IMG/VR virus record: IMGVR_UViG_3300032330_002160
From: an uncultured virus (IMG/VR IMGVR_UViG_3300032330_002160)
Taxonomy: Duplodnaviria > Heunggongvirae > Uroviricota > Caudoviricetes
Reading direction: 5' to 3' (one strand)
DNA: 64,000 nt
Below, one piece after another: positions 10,800 through 20,377 of this stretch. Positions within the stretch are counted from its first letter, which is position 1. Each line of letters begins with the position of its first letter. The position numbers and the translations under genes were made by a program. Under the pieces are notes generated by a model. That model saw only the letters and a program-made list of their open reading frames with translations, ran no database searches and was not told the origin of the DNA.

Positions 10800-11691
10800 A
10801 CTTTCTTAGAAAATTTTGGGATGACCAATTTTCTTTCATTTTAATTACGCCAGCACCGTTTTGTTCAATAGCTTGCTTAATTGTTATTTCTGGAAATGGT
10901 TTTATGTATTCAAGCATATGCCTAAATGTTTTATTCTTAGTAATAAGAATTGGTTTTCCAGCAGAAATTGCTTGATCTGTAACTGCTGCTAATCCATACA
11001 TATTTCTATAATAAGGAAAAAAATTAATAGTATTTTTAGAACACCAATCTATAAGATTATTTTTATTCATATAATCATGCGTTATAAAAACTTTTATTCC
11101 AGATTTTACAGGTATTGATTTAAGCGAATCAGCCATTTTGCGATTAATTAAAAATGAATTTGGTATATATGTAGCTTCTGGAAGATTTATTTTTACAATA
11201 GCGTTATCAAATTCTAAATTTGTTTGCTCTATTATTTGAGCCCAATTTTTACCAGCTGTAACAAAACCAAAACTTCCAATTACTGGTATTTCATTTTTAT
11301 ATTCTTTTAAATTAAAATTTTCTAAAGGTCTTGGAAAAGCATAAATATTATTTTTTTCTTTTATAGTTGGATCAATAACTATATATTTATCAAAAATTTT
11401 TGGAGTCCAAGGCATAATATTTTCGCCTTCTCCAACTTCTAATACAATACAAAATGTTTTACAATTCATTTGTTTTATAATTGATTCATTTATCCAATTA
11501 TTTACTGTAATATGATGATTAAAAATAGCGAAATCATATTTTTTATTAATAGTATTATCTTCATAATATTCAAGAATATATTTATCAGACTTGTTAAGTG
11601 ATTCAAAACACATTAATCCAGATTCATAAATGCTACAACAAGATTTAGCAGAATTATAAAAAACACCCCTTTTCATTTTTTTACATACCAA
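10780..11691 (-). CDS. putative GT-B glycosyltransferase-like protein
   Basis: CSIYESG, IGSFGF..K, NTINFFPY..GLAAVTDQA. Confidence 0.6.
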   Translation of the reverse strand: MVCKKMKRGVFYNSAKSCCSIYESGLMCFESLNKSDKYILEYYEDNTINKKYDFAIFNHHITVNNWINESIIKQMNCKTFCIVLEVGEGENIMPWTPKIFDKYIVIDPTIKEKNNIYAFPRPLENFNLKEYKNEIPVIGSFGFVTAGKNWAQIIEQTNLEFDNAIVKINLPEATYIPNSFLINRKMADSLKSIPVKSGIKVFITHDYMNKNNLIDWCSKNTINFFPYYRNMYGLAAVTDQAISAGKPILITKNKTFRHMLEYIKPFPEITIKQAIEQNGAGVIKMKENWSSQNFLRKFEAING

Positions 11692-12269
11692 TCTTCGTAA
11701 GGCTTATTATACCATAAAGGATTTGTATCTAAACATTTAACATCTTCTATTATTCTATCAAATCCATTTTCAGACAATAATTTATATATTTTATCTTTTT
11801 GAATACTGTTAGTGCAATATAAATTATGTTCTACTGTCATTAATTTTATATTCCAATAATCAAAATCTAGAGAAGCTAATGCTTCATATTCCATTCCTTC
11901 TATATCTAATGATAAATAATCTATATTTTTATTGCAATAATTATTCAAAAGAATTTCATTTAATGTATCGCATTCTATTAATTGTCCAACGCCATCATTA
12001 TTTATTTTATCTACCAATAAATTACATGTGCCTTTTTTTGAATTGATAGCAATATTTAAATTTTTGCTTTTTCTATTTGCTTCAAGATTTTTAAATATAT
12101 TTTTATTTGCCTCAATACATATACCATTCCAGTCAAGTTCTTTTTCTAAAAAATAAGTATTGCTTGTTTGTATGCCGTCATAAGCTCCAACCTCTACAAA
12201 ATAACCATTTTTTTTATATTTATGATATTCGCAAACCCATCTGTCTTGTCCAGATTGTGAATAAAACAT
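11673..12269 (-). CDS. FkbM-family methyltransferase
   Basis: YSQSGQD, FVEVGAYDG..SNT, W.GICIE, IDYLSLDIEG.E motifs. Confidence 0.9.
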   Translation of the reverse strand: MFYSQSGQDRWVCEYHKYKKNGYFVEVGAYDGIQTSNTYFLEKELDWNGICIEANKNIFKNLEANRKSKNLNIAINSKKGTCNLLVDKINNDGVGQLIECDTLNEILLNNYCNKNIDYLSLDIEGMEYEALASLDFDYWNIKLMTVEHNLYCTNSIQKDKIYKLLSENGFDRIIEDVKCLDTNPLWYNKPYEDWYVKK

Positions 12270-12271
12270 TT

Positions 12272-13498
12272 TTATATTCCAATTACTTCAAATTGTGGAC
12301 AAGGAACAATAAATTTTCCACCATTTTGCAAAAACTTATGTTCCCTCTGGACAAATTCATTAATAAAATGCCAAGGAAGAACAAGCATATAGTCTGGAGG
12401 AGATGAGCGCATTTCTTCTTCAGTAATAATTGGAATGTTAGTTCCAACAGTTTTTAGTCCAATCTTATATGGACTTCGTTCTACTGCTGCATCAATTAAA
12501 CTATTATCTAGACCAAATAGTTGAAGAAGAGTATTACCTTTGGTTGAAGCCCCATAAGCATAAACTCGTTTACCTTCAGCTTTAGCATTAGCAATAAAAG
12601 AATATGTTTTTTCTTTTAATTCGTTAATTTTTTCATTGAATTCCTGCCAAATAAATGCGCTAGTTATATCGTTATTAATTTCATATAAGAAAATTGACTC
12701 AATTCTTACTTTTGCCACACTACGCAATGGTGCAGTACCATAAGATTCTTCTTTTGCATTTTCTTTTTGGACATATATTCTAAAACTTCCCCCATTTGTA
12801 TCATTAAATTCGCAATCAACAACTTTCATTCCGTTTTTATTTACAAGATGAGAAAAGCTAGTGAGATCATAATAATAAACATGTTCATGGCAAATATTAT
12901 CAAATGCCAATTGTTCTATCATAAGTGGAGTATATGACATTTGAACAACCCAAACGCCATCATCTTCAAGAATTTCCTTAATATCATTAATAAAATTATC
13001 TGGCTTATCAATATCATAAAACATTGCAATATTAGTAATTACTTTACATTTTTTCCCGTTCTCTAATCCAAGCTTATTGAAAGCATCTACGGAAAAATAA
13101 TCTTGAACAACTTTTGCATATTTTGAAGATTCTTGTAAAAATGAATCTTCAGCTGGATCAATCCCAACTTTAACAATATTGTTAGGAATAAATCTAAACA
13201 TTGTTCCGTCATTACAAGCAATATCAAGCCAAACATCGCCATCTTTAAGTTTAATTCTTGATGCTACTTGTTCAGCAATACCTTTTAATTCATTGGTCAT
13301 AGATTGGTTAGTTCCACTTCTATACCAATATTTTCCCCACATTAAATGCTTTGGTGCCATTTCTGTTAAACGAACAGCGCCATTTTCTTCAATATATAAT
13401 GCAAGAGGATACTTTTTAACACCTTCTTGATTATAATAAGATTCATCTTTTACGAAGTCAGAAATATACATTTCGCCTAAATTTAAAACTGTTTCCAT
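12272..13498 (-). CDS. NDP-hexose C-methyltransferase
   Basis: YWYRSG, DIACNDG, FDNICHEH, NGGS, YGASTKGNTLL and VLPWHF motifs. Confidence 0.9.
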   Translation of the reverse strand: METVLNLGEMYISDFVKDESYYNQEGVKKYPLALYIEENGAVRLTEMAPKHLMWGKYWYRSGTNQSMTNELKGIAEQVASRIKLKDGDVWLDIACNDGTMFRFIPNNIVKVGIDPAEDSFLQESSKYAKVVQDYFSVDAFNKLGLENGKKCKVITNIAMFYDIDKPDNFINDIKEILEDDGVWVVQMSYTPLMIEQLAFDNICHEHVYYYDLTSFSHLVNKNGMKVVDCEFNDTNGGSFRIYVQKENAKEESYGTAPLRSVAKVRIESIFLYEINNDITSAFIWQEFNEKINELKEKTYSFIANAKAEGKRVYAYGASTKGNTLLQLFGLDNSLIDAAVERSPYKIGLKTVGTNIPIITEEEMRSSPPDYMLVLPWHFINEFVQREHKFLQNGGKFIVPCPQFEVIGI

Positions 13499-13562
13499 TT
13501 TAATATCTCTTATTCTTATCTTGCCTTGTAAATATTATAACTTAAATCTAAGCTGGGTCAAA

Positions 13563-13633
13563 TGAGGGATAAAAGTTCTGCCCTTTTGATTACGGTATAT
13601 AAGACCGTCGTGTTCCTATTACACTAATCCCCC
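13563..13633 (-). tRNA. tRNA-Ile(UAU)-like gene with non-canonical T-loop
   Basis: GGGGGAT-TA-GTGT/ACAC-G-ACGGT CTTATAT ACCGT-AATC-AAAAG GGCAGAA CTTTT-ATCCCTC-A; all four stems pair. Confidence 0.65.
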
Positions 13634-13637
13634 CCAG

Positions 13638-13710
13638 TGGGCCCTCCGGGATTTGAACCCGGAACCAAGGGATTATGAGTCCCCTGCTCTGACCGTTGAG
13701 CTAAAGGCCC
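13638..13710 (-). tRNA. tRNA-Ile2 (CAU, lysidine type)
   Basis: GGGCCTTTAGCTCAACGGTCAGAGCAGGGGA CTCATAA TCCCT...GGTTCAAATCC...GGGCCCA; resembles ileX rather than Met tRNAs. Confidence 0.85.
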
Positions 13711-13756
13711 TACAAATATCATCCACAAATCTTGAACAAAAATTTCAAAAAACCTA

Positions 13757-14281
13757 TTACAAAATCTTTATTTGTCCACGCCTAGTCAAATCGTCAGCTA
13801 TATACCTAATCCTTTGATGTATTTGATCAATTCTTTGTTTTGTAACACCTTTTTTCTTGGCTATTTCTATTATTCTGTTTCCGTCTAATAATTTAGACAA
13901 AACATAATTTTCCTGCTCATTTAAATATTTTCTCAAAATATTAATCTCTTCCTCTACAAAATCTTGTTTTTTATCTTCAATCATGCAATCCATATCAAAA
14001 CTATAAGTGCTAGGATCGCATAACTTTGCTTTAATTCTACCTCTTTTATTATCATCCATTTTATTCATATATTCCCAATTCATATAACTGAATAAATAGG
14101 TGATAAATTTTGATTTTCCAGATTTATAATTAACAAGACTTTTCCAGAGAGCAACGCAAGCAATTTGATGAGCTTCATCTTTGCTCATTTTTTTGCGCCA
14201 CAAATTTGTTTTCTTGATAATTAAAGGCTGCCACTGCTTATAAGCAGCATCAAATTCTTCACTAGTTACTTTTCTTTTCAT
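13757..14281 (-). CDS. phage sigma-70/ECF-like factor
   Basis: Region 2 (QIACVALWKS..YK..KSKFITY) and region 4 HTH (EIAKKKGVTKQRIDQI); start moved to MKRKV. Confidence 0.85.
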   Translation of the reverse strand: MKRKVTSEEFDAAYKQWQPLIIKKTNLWRKKMSKDEAHQIACVALWKSLVNYKSGKSKFITYLFSYMNWEYMNKMDDNKRGRIKAKLCDPSTYSFDMDCMIEDKKQDFVEEEINILRKYLNEQENYVLSKLLDGNRIIEIAKKKGVTKQRIDQIHQRIRYIADDLTRRGQIKIL

Positions 14282-14663
14282 TGTTGTTTTCCGTATTAGT
14301 TGGTGGAACTTCACTCTTTGGGAAACCATACTGGGCAATAGCCGCATGATAACCGTCTGAGTATCCTGAATTACCTAGTGCAAGAAACGCAGCATAGTAT
14401 CCATCACGATAGGATCCGGGCTGAGTTGGTGTCCCCATTCTAATTATCGCGTCACGATAGCCCTCATTATAGGTCGGTTTCATCAAATAATCGTATTTAA
14501 TTTCATTTAACTCGTCAGAAAGCAATTTTGATCGTTGCGATTCTGTATCGCCAAGCATTTTGAGATTTGTAATCTCATGCCTTGTTCTATAAGCATCAAC
14601 AAATAAGAAAAATATTGTTGCTAGTAAAACAGCTGTTGAAAAATATGGCTTTCTATTGTTCAT
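14262..14663 (-). CDS. membrane-anchored hypothetical protein with GYxDG repeats
   Basis: N-terminal TM; YNEGYRD, SYRDGY, YSDGY repeats. Confidence 0.6.
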   Translation of the reverse strand: MNNRKPYFSTAVLLATIFFLFVDAYRTRHEITNLKMLGDTESQRSKLLSDELNEIKYDYLMKPTYNEGYRDAIIRMGTPTQPGSYRDGYYAAFLALGNSGYSDGYHAAIAQYGFPKSEVPPTNTENNNEKKSN

Positions 14664-15097
14664 GGCCTATCCTCTATCTTTCTATTAAAAGTTTCAACAT
14701 CTACCAAAACGTCTGGGTTATAACTTTGCCATTTTTTTAAATGACCAAATACAAAATGGCAAGTTGAACATAATGTTATTAAATTATTTTCATCTAATTC
14801 TTTATCTGGATTTGTGTGAAAAGGTTCAATATGATGAACTTGCAACATCTGTTTTGTTTTGCAGCAAGCGCATTGATTGTGCTTTTCAACAAAAGAATTT
14901 CTAGTTTTATTCCAGTTAGGAGATCTAGGAACTTCACCGAATAAATTATCACATTCCATATCTAAAGATATAAAATTTAATATAGATTGAACTAATTCAT
15001 ATAATTTTTCTTTTGTTTCTGCCTTTATCTGTAAAGGCAATCCATTTTCTAAAATTACATATTCATTATTGTAATTTATATCTAAAGAAATAGTCAT
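14660..15097 (-). CDS. HNH endonuclease
   Basis: CACC..QVHH..NLITLCSTCH..GH. Confidence 0.85.
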   Translation of the reverse strand: MTISLDINYNNEYVILENGLPLQIKAETKEKLYELVQSILNFISLDMECDNLFGEVPRSPNWNKTRNSFVEKHNQCACCKTKQMLQVHHIEPFHTNPDKELDENNLITLCSTCHFVFGHLKKWQSYNPDVLVDVETFNRKIEDRP

Positions 15098-15543
15098 TAC
15101 ACGATTCTCTCTAAAGACAAATTGGTCAGAATATGAATGGCTTCAGAAAATTCCCCGTCATACTTAAGGTTGAAATCGTCGTCAAAGTGAAGACCAAGAT
15201 CATCGGGAAATTCAATAAAATGTCCAGCATAATTAGGGATAACATTGTATTTTTTCCAAAACTCTGTTGGTACTAAATTAATAGTTTTTGTTGATTCGTC
15301 GGCCTTAAAAGACCATTTTTCCCAATTTGTATTGTACCCTCCTTTTTCGCAAAGTAAAGAGGTCAATATTTTCCCAAAATTTTCAGCAGCTTCGATATCT
15401 GAAAAACCAACAAGAGATAGCTTTACATATATATTTCCATTTGCTGTTGTTCCAGATTTTGCTTTTATATTTTTAAATAAATTTGGCTTTCTTGTTTGAT
15501 TACAAAATCGCCCAAATTCCTTAAACGCTTTTTCTTGGTCCAT
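15097..15543 (-). CDS. hypothetical protein
   Basis: AAGGAG RBS, 148 aa. Confidence 0.65.
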   Translation of the reverse strand: MDQEKAFKEFGRFCNQTRKPNLFKNIKAKSGTTANGNIYVKLSLVGFSDIEAAENFGKILTSLLCEKGGYNTNWEKWSFKADESTKTINLVPTEFWKKYNVIPNYAGHFIEFPDDLGLHFDDDFNLKYDGEFSEAIHILTNLSLERIV

Positions 15544-15590
15544 TTCATTCTCCTTAGTGTATTACATAGGAGACTTAAGGAGAAAACACA

Positions 15591-15665
15591 ATGCGAGTTT
15601 TATCAATTTTTCTTTTGGGTGTTGTTTGTGGAATGCTTTTGATTAGAATAATTCATGGGCATTAA
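15591..15665 (+). CDS. 24-aa hydrophobic peptide MRVLSIFLLGVVCGMLLIRIIHGH
   Basis: AAGGAG RBS and an AGTGTATT motif upstream; below the ORF-track cutoff. Confidence 0.5.
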   Translation: MRVLSIFLLGVVCGMLLIRIIHGH

Positions 15666-16126
15666 TTTTTAATTTTATAAAAAATTATCCCATCTTCATT
15701 TTTATGAAAGTGTTGAGGAGACAATCTAGATTTAAATTTGAAACTTTTATAGAATTGAATTGAGTCTTTATCCGTTTCTCTGACAACAAACTGGTGGACT
15801 TTGGCAGGATATTTTGCTAAAATTTCTACAACCAATGCGGTTCCTAGTTTTAATCTTCTAAAATGTGGATGTATGACTAATTTATCGACAACAACTTTAT
15901 CGTTTTTTGTGTTGAGGATAGCAAATCCTACAGTAATGTGTCCTTCTTTTATAATTAAGCCAATTGAAGTTTTACTTTTCCAATATTTTGCAAAATCTTT
16001 TAATGTCCAGCATTTTAAATCTGTAACAACCCCAAAATCAGGATCATCAAATGTATTAGAAAAAATTTCTATTTCTAAAACATCTCTCATAGACTCATTT
16101 GTAATTGGTTGTATTACATATTTCAC
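15662..16126 (-). CDS. GNAT acetyltransferase (RimI-like)
   Basis: IHPHFRRLKLGTAL acetyl-CoA loop; VRET..SIQFYK. Confidence 0.85.
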   Translation of the reverse strand: MKYVIQPITNESMRDVLEIEIFSNTFDDPDFGVVTDLKCWTLKDFAKYWKSKTSIGLIIKEGHITVGFAILNTKNDKVVVDKLVIHPHFRRLKLGTALVVEILAKYPAKVHQFVVRETDKDSIQFYKSFKFKSRLSPQHFHKNEDGIIFYKIKN

Positions 16127-16180
16127 TGTATGTTCCCCTCTTACATTCTTTAATACACCTTTAAATATTGAAAGAATAAA

Positions 16181-16831
16181 ATGAAAAAGATAAGCAATGT
16201 GACACTATGCTCAATTTCTTGGGGTTCAAAATTTATTAGGGAAACTTATGATGCCTATAAAAGTTTTTCTGATAAAATTTATTTTGACAGAACTATTTTT
16301 TTTGTTAATGATACAACCATATTGCCAAAAGGAACAAATCAAATTTTGCTTCCAGAGTATTTCAACAAAAAAATTCAACTTCCAATAGTTGGACCGATAA
16401 ATACAACAGATATAAATCCATATAACTTATTTGTAATGAAAGACATATATAAATTTATAGGCACAGAACATATTCTTTTTTTTCAAAATGATGGATACAT
16501 TAAAAATCCAGACGCTTGGGATGATTCTTTTCTGGAATATGACTATATAGGAGCCCCATGGCCTTGGGAACCATATAAATTAAATCCAGTTGGTAATGGT
16601 GGCTTCTCTCTTAGAAGTAAGAAATTATGCACCATACTAGGCAACGACAATTTTATTGCTGCCGCTGCCCCCGAAGATGTCCAAATATGCGTTCATCACA
16701 GAAACTACTTAATTAAAAATTATGATATTAAATTTGCGCCATTCGATGTTGCATCCCGTTTTTCCGTTGAGTGGCATGATAAATACACCAATCAATTTGG
16801 TTTTCACGGAAAATGGCACATTAATCAATAA
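16181..16831 (+). CDS. DUF5672-type glycosyltransferase-like protein
   Basis: FQNDG, YDYIGAPW, VGNGGFSLRSK, EDV, FSVE and FGFHG motifs. Confidence 0.8.
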   Translation: MKKISNVTLCSISWGSKFIRETYDAYKSFSDKIYFDRTIFFVNDTTILPKGTNQILLPEYFNKKIQLPIVGPINTTDINPYNLFVMKDIYKFIGTEHILFFQNDGYIKNPDAWDDSFLEYDYIGAPWPWEPYKLNPVGNGGFSLRSKKLCTILGNDNFIAAAAPEDVQICVHHRNYLIKNYDIKFAPFDVASRFSVEWHDKYTNQFGFHGKWHINQ

Positions 16832-17207
16832 TTGCAATATTTGGCTCTTCAAGAATTTCAAATACCTCAATATTTAATTCTTGATTAGCTGGATTTATTT
16901 TCTTTGGCCAAGTAGTAAATAGTTCTGGTATATTTCTTTCTTTAATTTTCTCTGCATCTTCTTTTGTAATAGCTACAACTCCAACAGAAGTTTTATTTTT
17001 ATAATTTCTTTTTATGAAATCCAAAGCTGTGTTTGCATAATCAAAAACTAACAAAGAATTTATATTGGTTGATAAATCTCTTAAGCAAGCTAGTGGAAAC
17101 CATTTTTCTTTTGCGCATTCTTCTTTAATCTCATCAAGTGTAATTTCTTCGTTTCCAAAAAAAATACAATATTTCGCAAAGTCGCCTCTTAGAACTTGAT
17201 TTTCCAT
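16821..17207 (-). CDS. hypothetical protein
   Basis: 128-aa ORF following the sigma gene. Confidence 0.65.
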   Translation of the reverse strand: MENQVLRGDFAKYCIFFGNEEITLDEIKEECAKEKWFPLACLRDLSTNINSLLVFDYANTALDFIKRNYKNKTSVGVVAITKEDAEKIKERNIPELFTTWPKKINPANQELNIEVFEILEEPNIAIID

Positions 17208-17208
17208 T

Positions 17209-17727
17209 TTATCGTCCTTCTTTCACTTTCAAAACTTCCGCTGTTTTCTTAATAAAATGAATCAATTGTTGAACACGTTGAGCCGTAATAGAAAGCTCTT
17301 TAGATATCTCAACCATATTTTTACCCTCAAGCAAATACATAAATATTTGCTTTCTCTTGGCGGTTAGCCTCTTTGCAATTTCATCTACCATATCTTTATT
17401 GTCAATATTCATATTATCCATTACGGACATTGACATTGGTATCAATTCTTTTTTTTCATTTTTTAAATTCGTAATAACAGATAATGTTACAAGATCTTTA
17501 GGTTGCTTTTCGGCATTCCAGTTATCTAGGAACTCCCACTTTAATGTTCGTCCAAGAAAGGTGATGAACTTTGATTTTTCTGGCTTATATCTTTGCATTG
17601 ATTTCCACAATGCGATATTGCCAATTTGCTCGCGTTCTTCCCTGTTAAAGAAAAACCTCCATTTGTATGAAAGCTTTTCAATAAAGGCCCTATATTGAAT
17701 TTTATTCGCTTCAAAGTCTTTTAACAA
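17209..17727 (-). CDS. phage sigma-70/ECF-like factor
   Basis: QIGNIALWKS..YK.EKSKFITF; EISKELSITAQRVQQL HTH; AGGAG before TTG. Confidence 0.85.
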   Translation of the reverse strand: MLKDFEANKIQYRAFIEKLSYKWRFFFNREEREQIGNIALWKSMQRYKPEKSKFITFLGRTLKWEFLDNWNAEKQPKDLVTLSVITNLKNEKKELIPMSMSVMDNMNIDNKDMVDEIAKRLTAKRKQIFMYLLEGKNMVEISKELSITAQRVQQLIHFIKKTAEVLKVKEGR

Positions 17728-17772
17728 AATTTTACTCCTGTGGGTTTGTATATGGTTATTCCACAGTTTCGG

Positions 17773-18219
17773 TCAAAAATTTTCATCAAAATCAAAAAAA
17801 ACAATGGCATCATCGCCGTTTTTGAAAAGTTTTTTGCCAAGTTTTGAACGAAGCCCTTTGCTTACAAAAAATTTCAATGATTCGTTATCTTTTTCGTGAG
17901 CATAAAAATATTTTTTATTTGTGGAAAACATATGTTTGTATGGATCTTTATTATTTTTTGTTATAAAATCATATAATTGTGTTCCATATTTTTTCCTTTT
18001 ATATTTTTGTGCAATGCAAATTCTTGGAACATGAAGAGTATCATTTTTTATAATTAAACAAATAAAACCAATAATTTTGTTATTGTCTTCTAAAACAAAA
18101 CCCATCCCATTATCTTTGAAAAAATTTAAAAAATCTTTTTCTTTCCATTTTGATCCAGATTTTTCTTCTATTTCTACAACTTGACTAAGCCATTTTTTCA
18201 TTAATAATTTTATTTGCAT
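17773..18219 (-). CDS. GNAT acetyltransferase (RimI-like)
   Basis: IAQKYKRKKYGTQL; SLKFF..G; GDDAIVF. Confidence 0.8.
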   Translation of the reverse strand: MQIKLLMKKWLSQVVEIEEKSGSKWKEKDFLNFFKDNGMGFVLEDNNKIIGFICLIIKNDTLHVPRICIAQKYKRKKYGTQLYDFITKNNKDPYKHMFSTNKKYFYAHEKDNESLKFFVSKGLRSKLGKKLFKNGDDAIVFFDFDENF

Positions 18220-18261
18220 ATCGTCTTTTCCCGCTTACAATATATACAAGGAGAACAAAAA

Positions 18262-19233
18262 ATGAAACTTGCAATTATTACTGGTGTTACTGGGCAAGAT
18301 GGAAGCTATTTAAGTGAATTACTTCTCTCTAAGGATTATATTGTAGTTGGGGTTTGCCGAAGAACAAGTTCTCCAAATTTTAGCAGAATTAAATATTTGC
18401 TGAAAAATAAAAATTTTAAAATTGAATATTCTGATCTTTCAGATTTGTCTTCATTGATTAGATTGATTCAAAAATATAAACCAGATGAGTTTTATAATTT
18501 GGCTGCCCAGTCATTTGTAAAGGCCTCATTTGATCAACCAATCTACACGGCTGAAGCTACTGGGATAGGCGTTCTTAATTGCCTTGAAGCTATTAGATTG
18601 ACTAGTCCATCCACCAAGTTTTATCAAGCAAGTAGCTCTGAGATGTACGGCAAGGTTCATGAGATTCCTCAAAAAATTACCACGCCTTTTCACCCGCGAA
18701 GTCCATATGGCGTAGCTAAAGTATTCGGTCATTACATGACTGTAAATTATCGTGAGTCTTATAATATTTTTGCTTGTTGTGGAATTCTTTTTAATCATGA
18801 AAGTCAACGTCGTGGAGAAGAATTTGTAACCAGAAAAATTTCTTTGGCTGTAAATAAAATCAAAAAAGGAATTCAAAAAGAACTCTTTCTTGGCAATCTT
18901 GAAGCTCAAAGAGACTGGGGCCATGCACAAGATTATGTTTATGCAATGTGGCTAATGCTTCAACAGGATGAACCAAGAGATTATGTTGTTGCTACAGGAG
19001 AAACTCATACTGTTCGTGAGTTTTGTGATATTGCATTTAAAAGAGTTGGATTGGATTATAAAGATTATGTTAAAGTAGATCCAGAGTTTTATCGCCCTGC
19101 TGAAGTCGATATTCTCTTGGGAGATCCTTCTGAAACTAAAAGACTTCTTGGTTGGCAACCAAAAATTTCTTTTGAAGATCTTGTTCATATGATGGTAGAT
19201 TCAGATTTGGGTGTTAATGATGTCTACATCTAA
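18262..19233 (+). CDS. gmd: GDP-mannose 4,6-dehydratase
   Basis: ITGVTGQDGSYL, NLAAQSFV, SPYGVAK, ILFNHES, FVTRKI and RDWGHA motifs; AAGGAG before ATG 18262. Confidence 0.95.
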   Translation: MKLAIITGVTGQDGSYLSELLLSKDYIVVGVCRRTSSPNFSRIKYLLKNKNFKIEYSDLSDLSSLIRLIQKYKPDEFYNLAAQSFVKASFDQPIYTAEATGIGVLNCLEAIRLTSPSTKFYQASSSEMYGKVHEIPQKITTPFHPRSPYGVAKVFGHYMTVNYRESYNIFACCGILFNHESQRRGEEFVTRKISLAVNKIKKGIQKELFLGNLEAQRDWGHAQDYVYAMWLMLQQDEPRDYVVATGETHTVREFCDIAFKRVGLDYKDYVKVDPEFYRPAEVDILLGDPSETKRLLGWQPKISFEDLVHMMVDSDLGVNDVYI

Positions 19234-19696
19234 AATAAAATTAACAATGTCATTACCAAAACGCAGTTGCGATGAATGCGATGCGTGTTGCTATACAATG
19301 GAAATATTGGAAATAAAAAAATACCAATACCATAATTGCGTTCACCAAAAACCAGAAGGTGGATGTGAAATTTGGGGCAAAAAAGAAAGACCTAACTCTT
19401 GTAATACTTGGAATTGTGCTTGGCTATTTGGATGGTATCCTGAAGAATGCAGACCAGATAAATCAGGAATTGTTTTTTATCCAGTAGCTGCTCATTTATC
19501 AGATGCAAAAATAGCCCATATTGTTGGTCAAGAAGTCTGGGATGGCGCTATCAATAGCAAATTAGGAAAGCAAGCTTTTGAACTGCTTTCCTCTAAGATG
19601 TTAACTGTTATTAGGCATTTTGCTTCCAATCAATTTTCTATTGGTGGACCAAAAGAGCAAATTGAAATTTGGAAAAAAAATGTTATAAATCAATAA
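19211..19696 (+). CDS. YkgJ-like cysteine-cluster protein
   Basis: CDECDACC...C...GCEIW...RP.SC..WNCAW. Confidence 0.7.
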   Translation: MLMMSTSKIKLTMSLPKRSCDECDACCYTMEILEIKKYQYHNCVHQKPEGGCEIWGKKERPNSCNTWNCAWLFGWYPEECRPDKSGIVFYPVAAHLSDAKIAHIVGQEVWDGAINSKLGKQAFELLSSKMLTVIRHFASNQFSIGGPKEQIEIWKKNVINQ

Positions 19697-19857
19697 TTCC
19701 AGAAATCACATTTATTTCTGGTGGACAATTTGGCCCTGATTGTTTAGATACACAATATTTTTTAATTTGATCTAACTTTTCTTTCATGTTAGCATACTTT
19801 TCATTGAAAGCATAATTAACAGAAAAAATGTCAGTATTTTCTATTACATAATCATTA

Positions 19858-20127
19858 TCATTCAAATTCTTCACTATCAATCCCCCAAGCTTTTTCTAGT
19901 TCTTCAATAAGCCACTCAACACTTTCCGGACTGTTAGAAATAAATTTTCCATCATTAGCAACCATATGAGATGTTTTTCCCGGACAATCAGTATTGCAAA
20001 CACTTATTTTTGGGTTAAAACTATCTACTAAACAAAATTTCTCATCATAAGACCAAGGATAAGGGCTTACCTTTTCAAGCATAACTTTGATCTGGTTTAA
20101 TTTCTTGATCTTCGCACTATCAGTCAT
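19858..20127 (-). CDS. hypothetical protein (Ead/Ea22-like pattern)
   Basis: SPYPW...DGKFISNSP..V..LIEEL. Confidence 0.5.
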   Translation of the reverse strand: MTDSAKIKKLNQIKVMLEKVSPYPWSYDEKFCLVDSFNPKISVCNTDCPGKTSHMVANDGKFISNSPESVEWLIEELEKAWGIDSEEFE

Positions 20128-20377
20128 TTCTTCTCCTTAAGTTCATATAATTCTTCTTCAAGTCTATTTATATCATCTTCCAAATCATCAACTTCATCTT
20201 TGTAAAGATATATTTCTTTTTCAAGATTTTCAATTTCGCAATCTTTGTCTTTTAATTGAGATTTAAGTTCTTCAATTATGTTATAAGCTTCCTCAAAACA
20301 GGACTCGCATTTTTTACAACCAAGTCCCATCTTAGCAAGATATGGAGCACAATTAATCATATATCCTCCAAAAAAAG

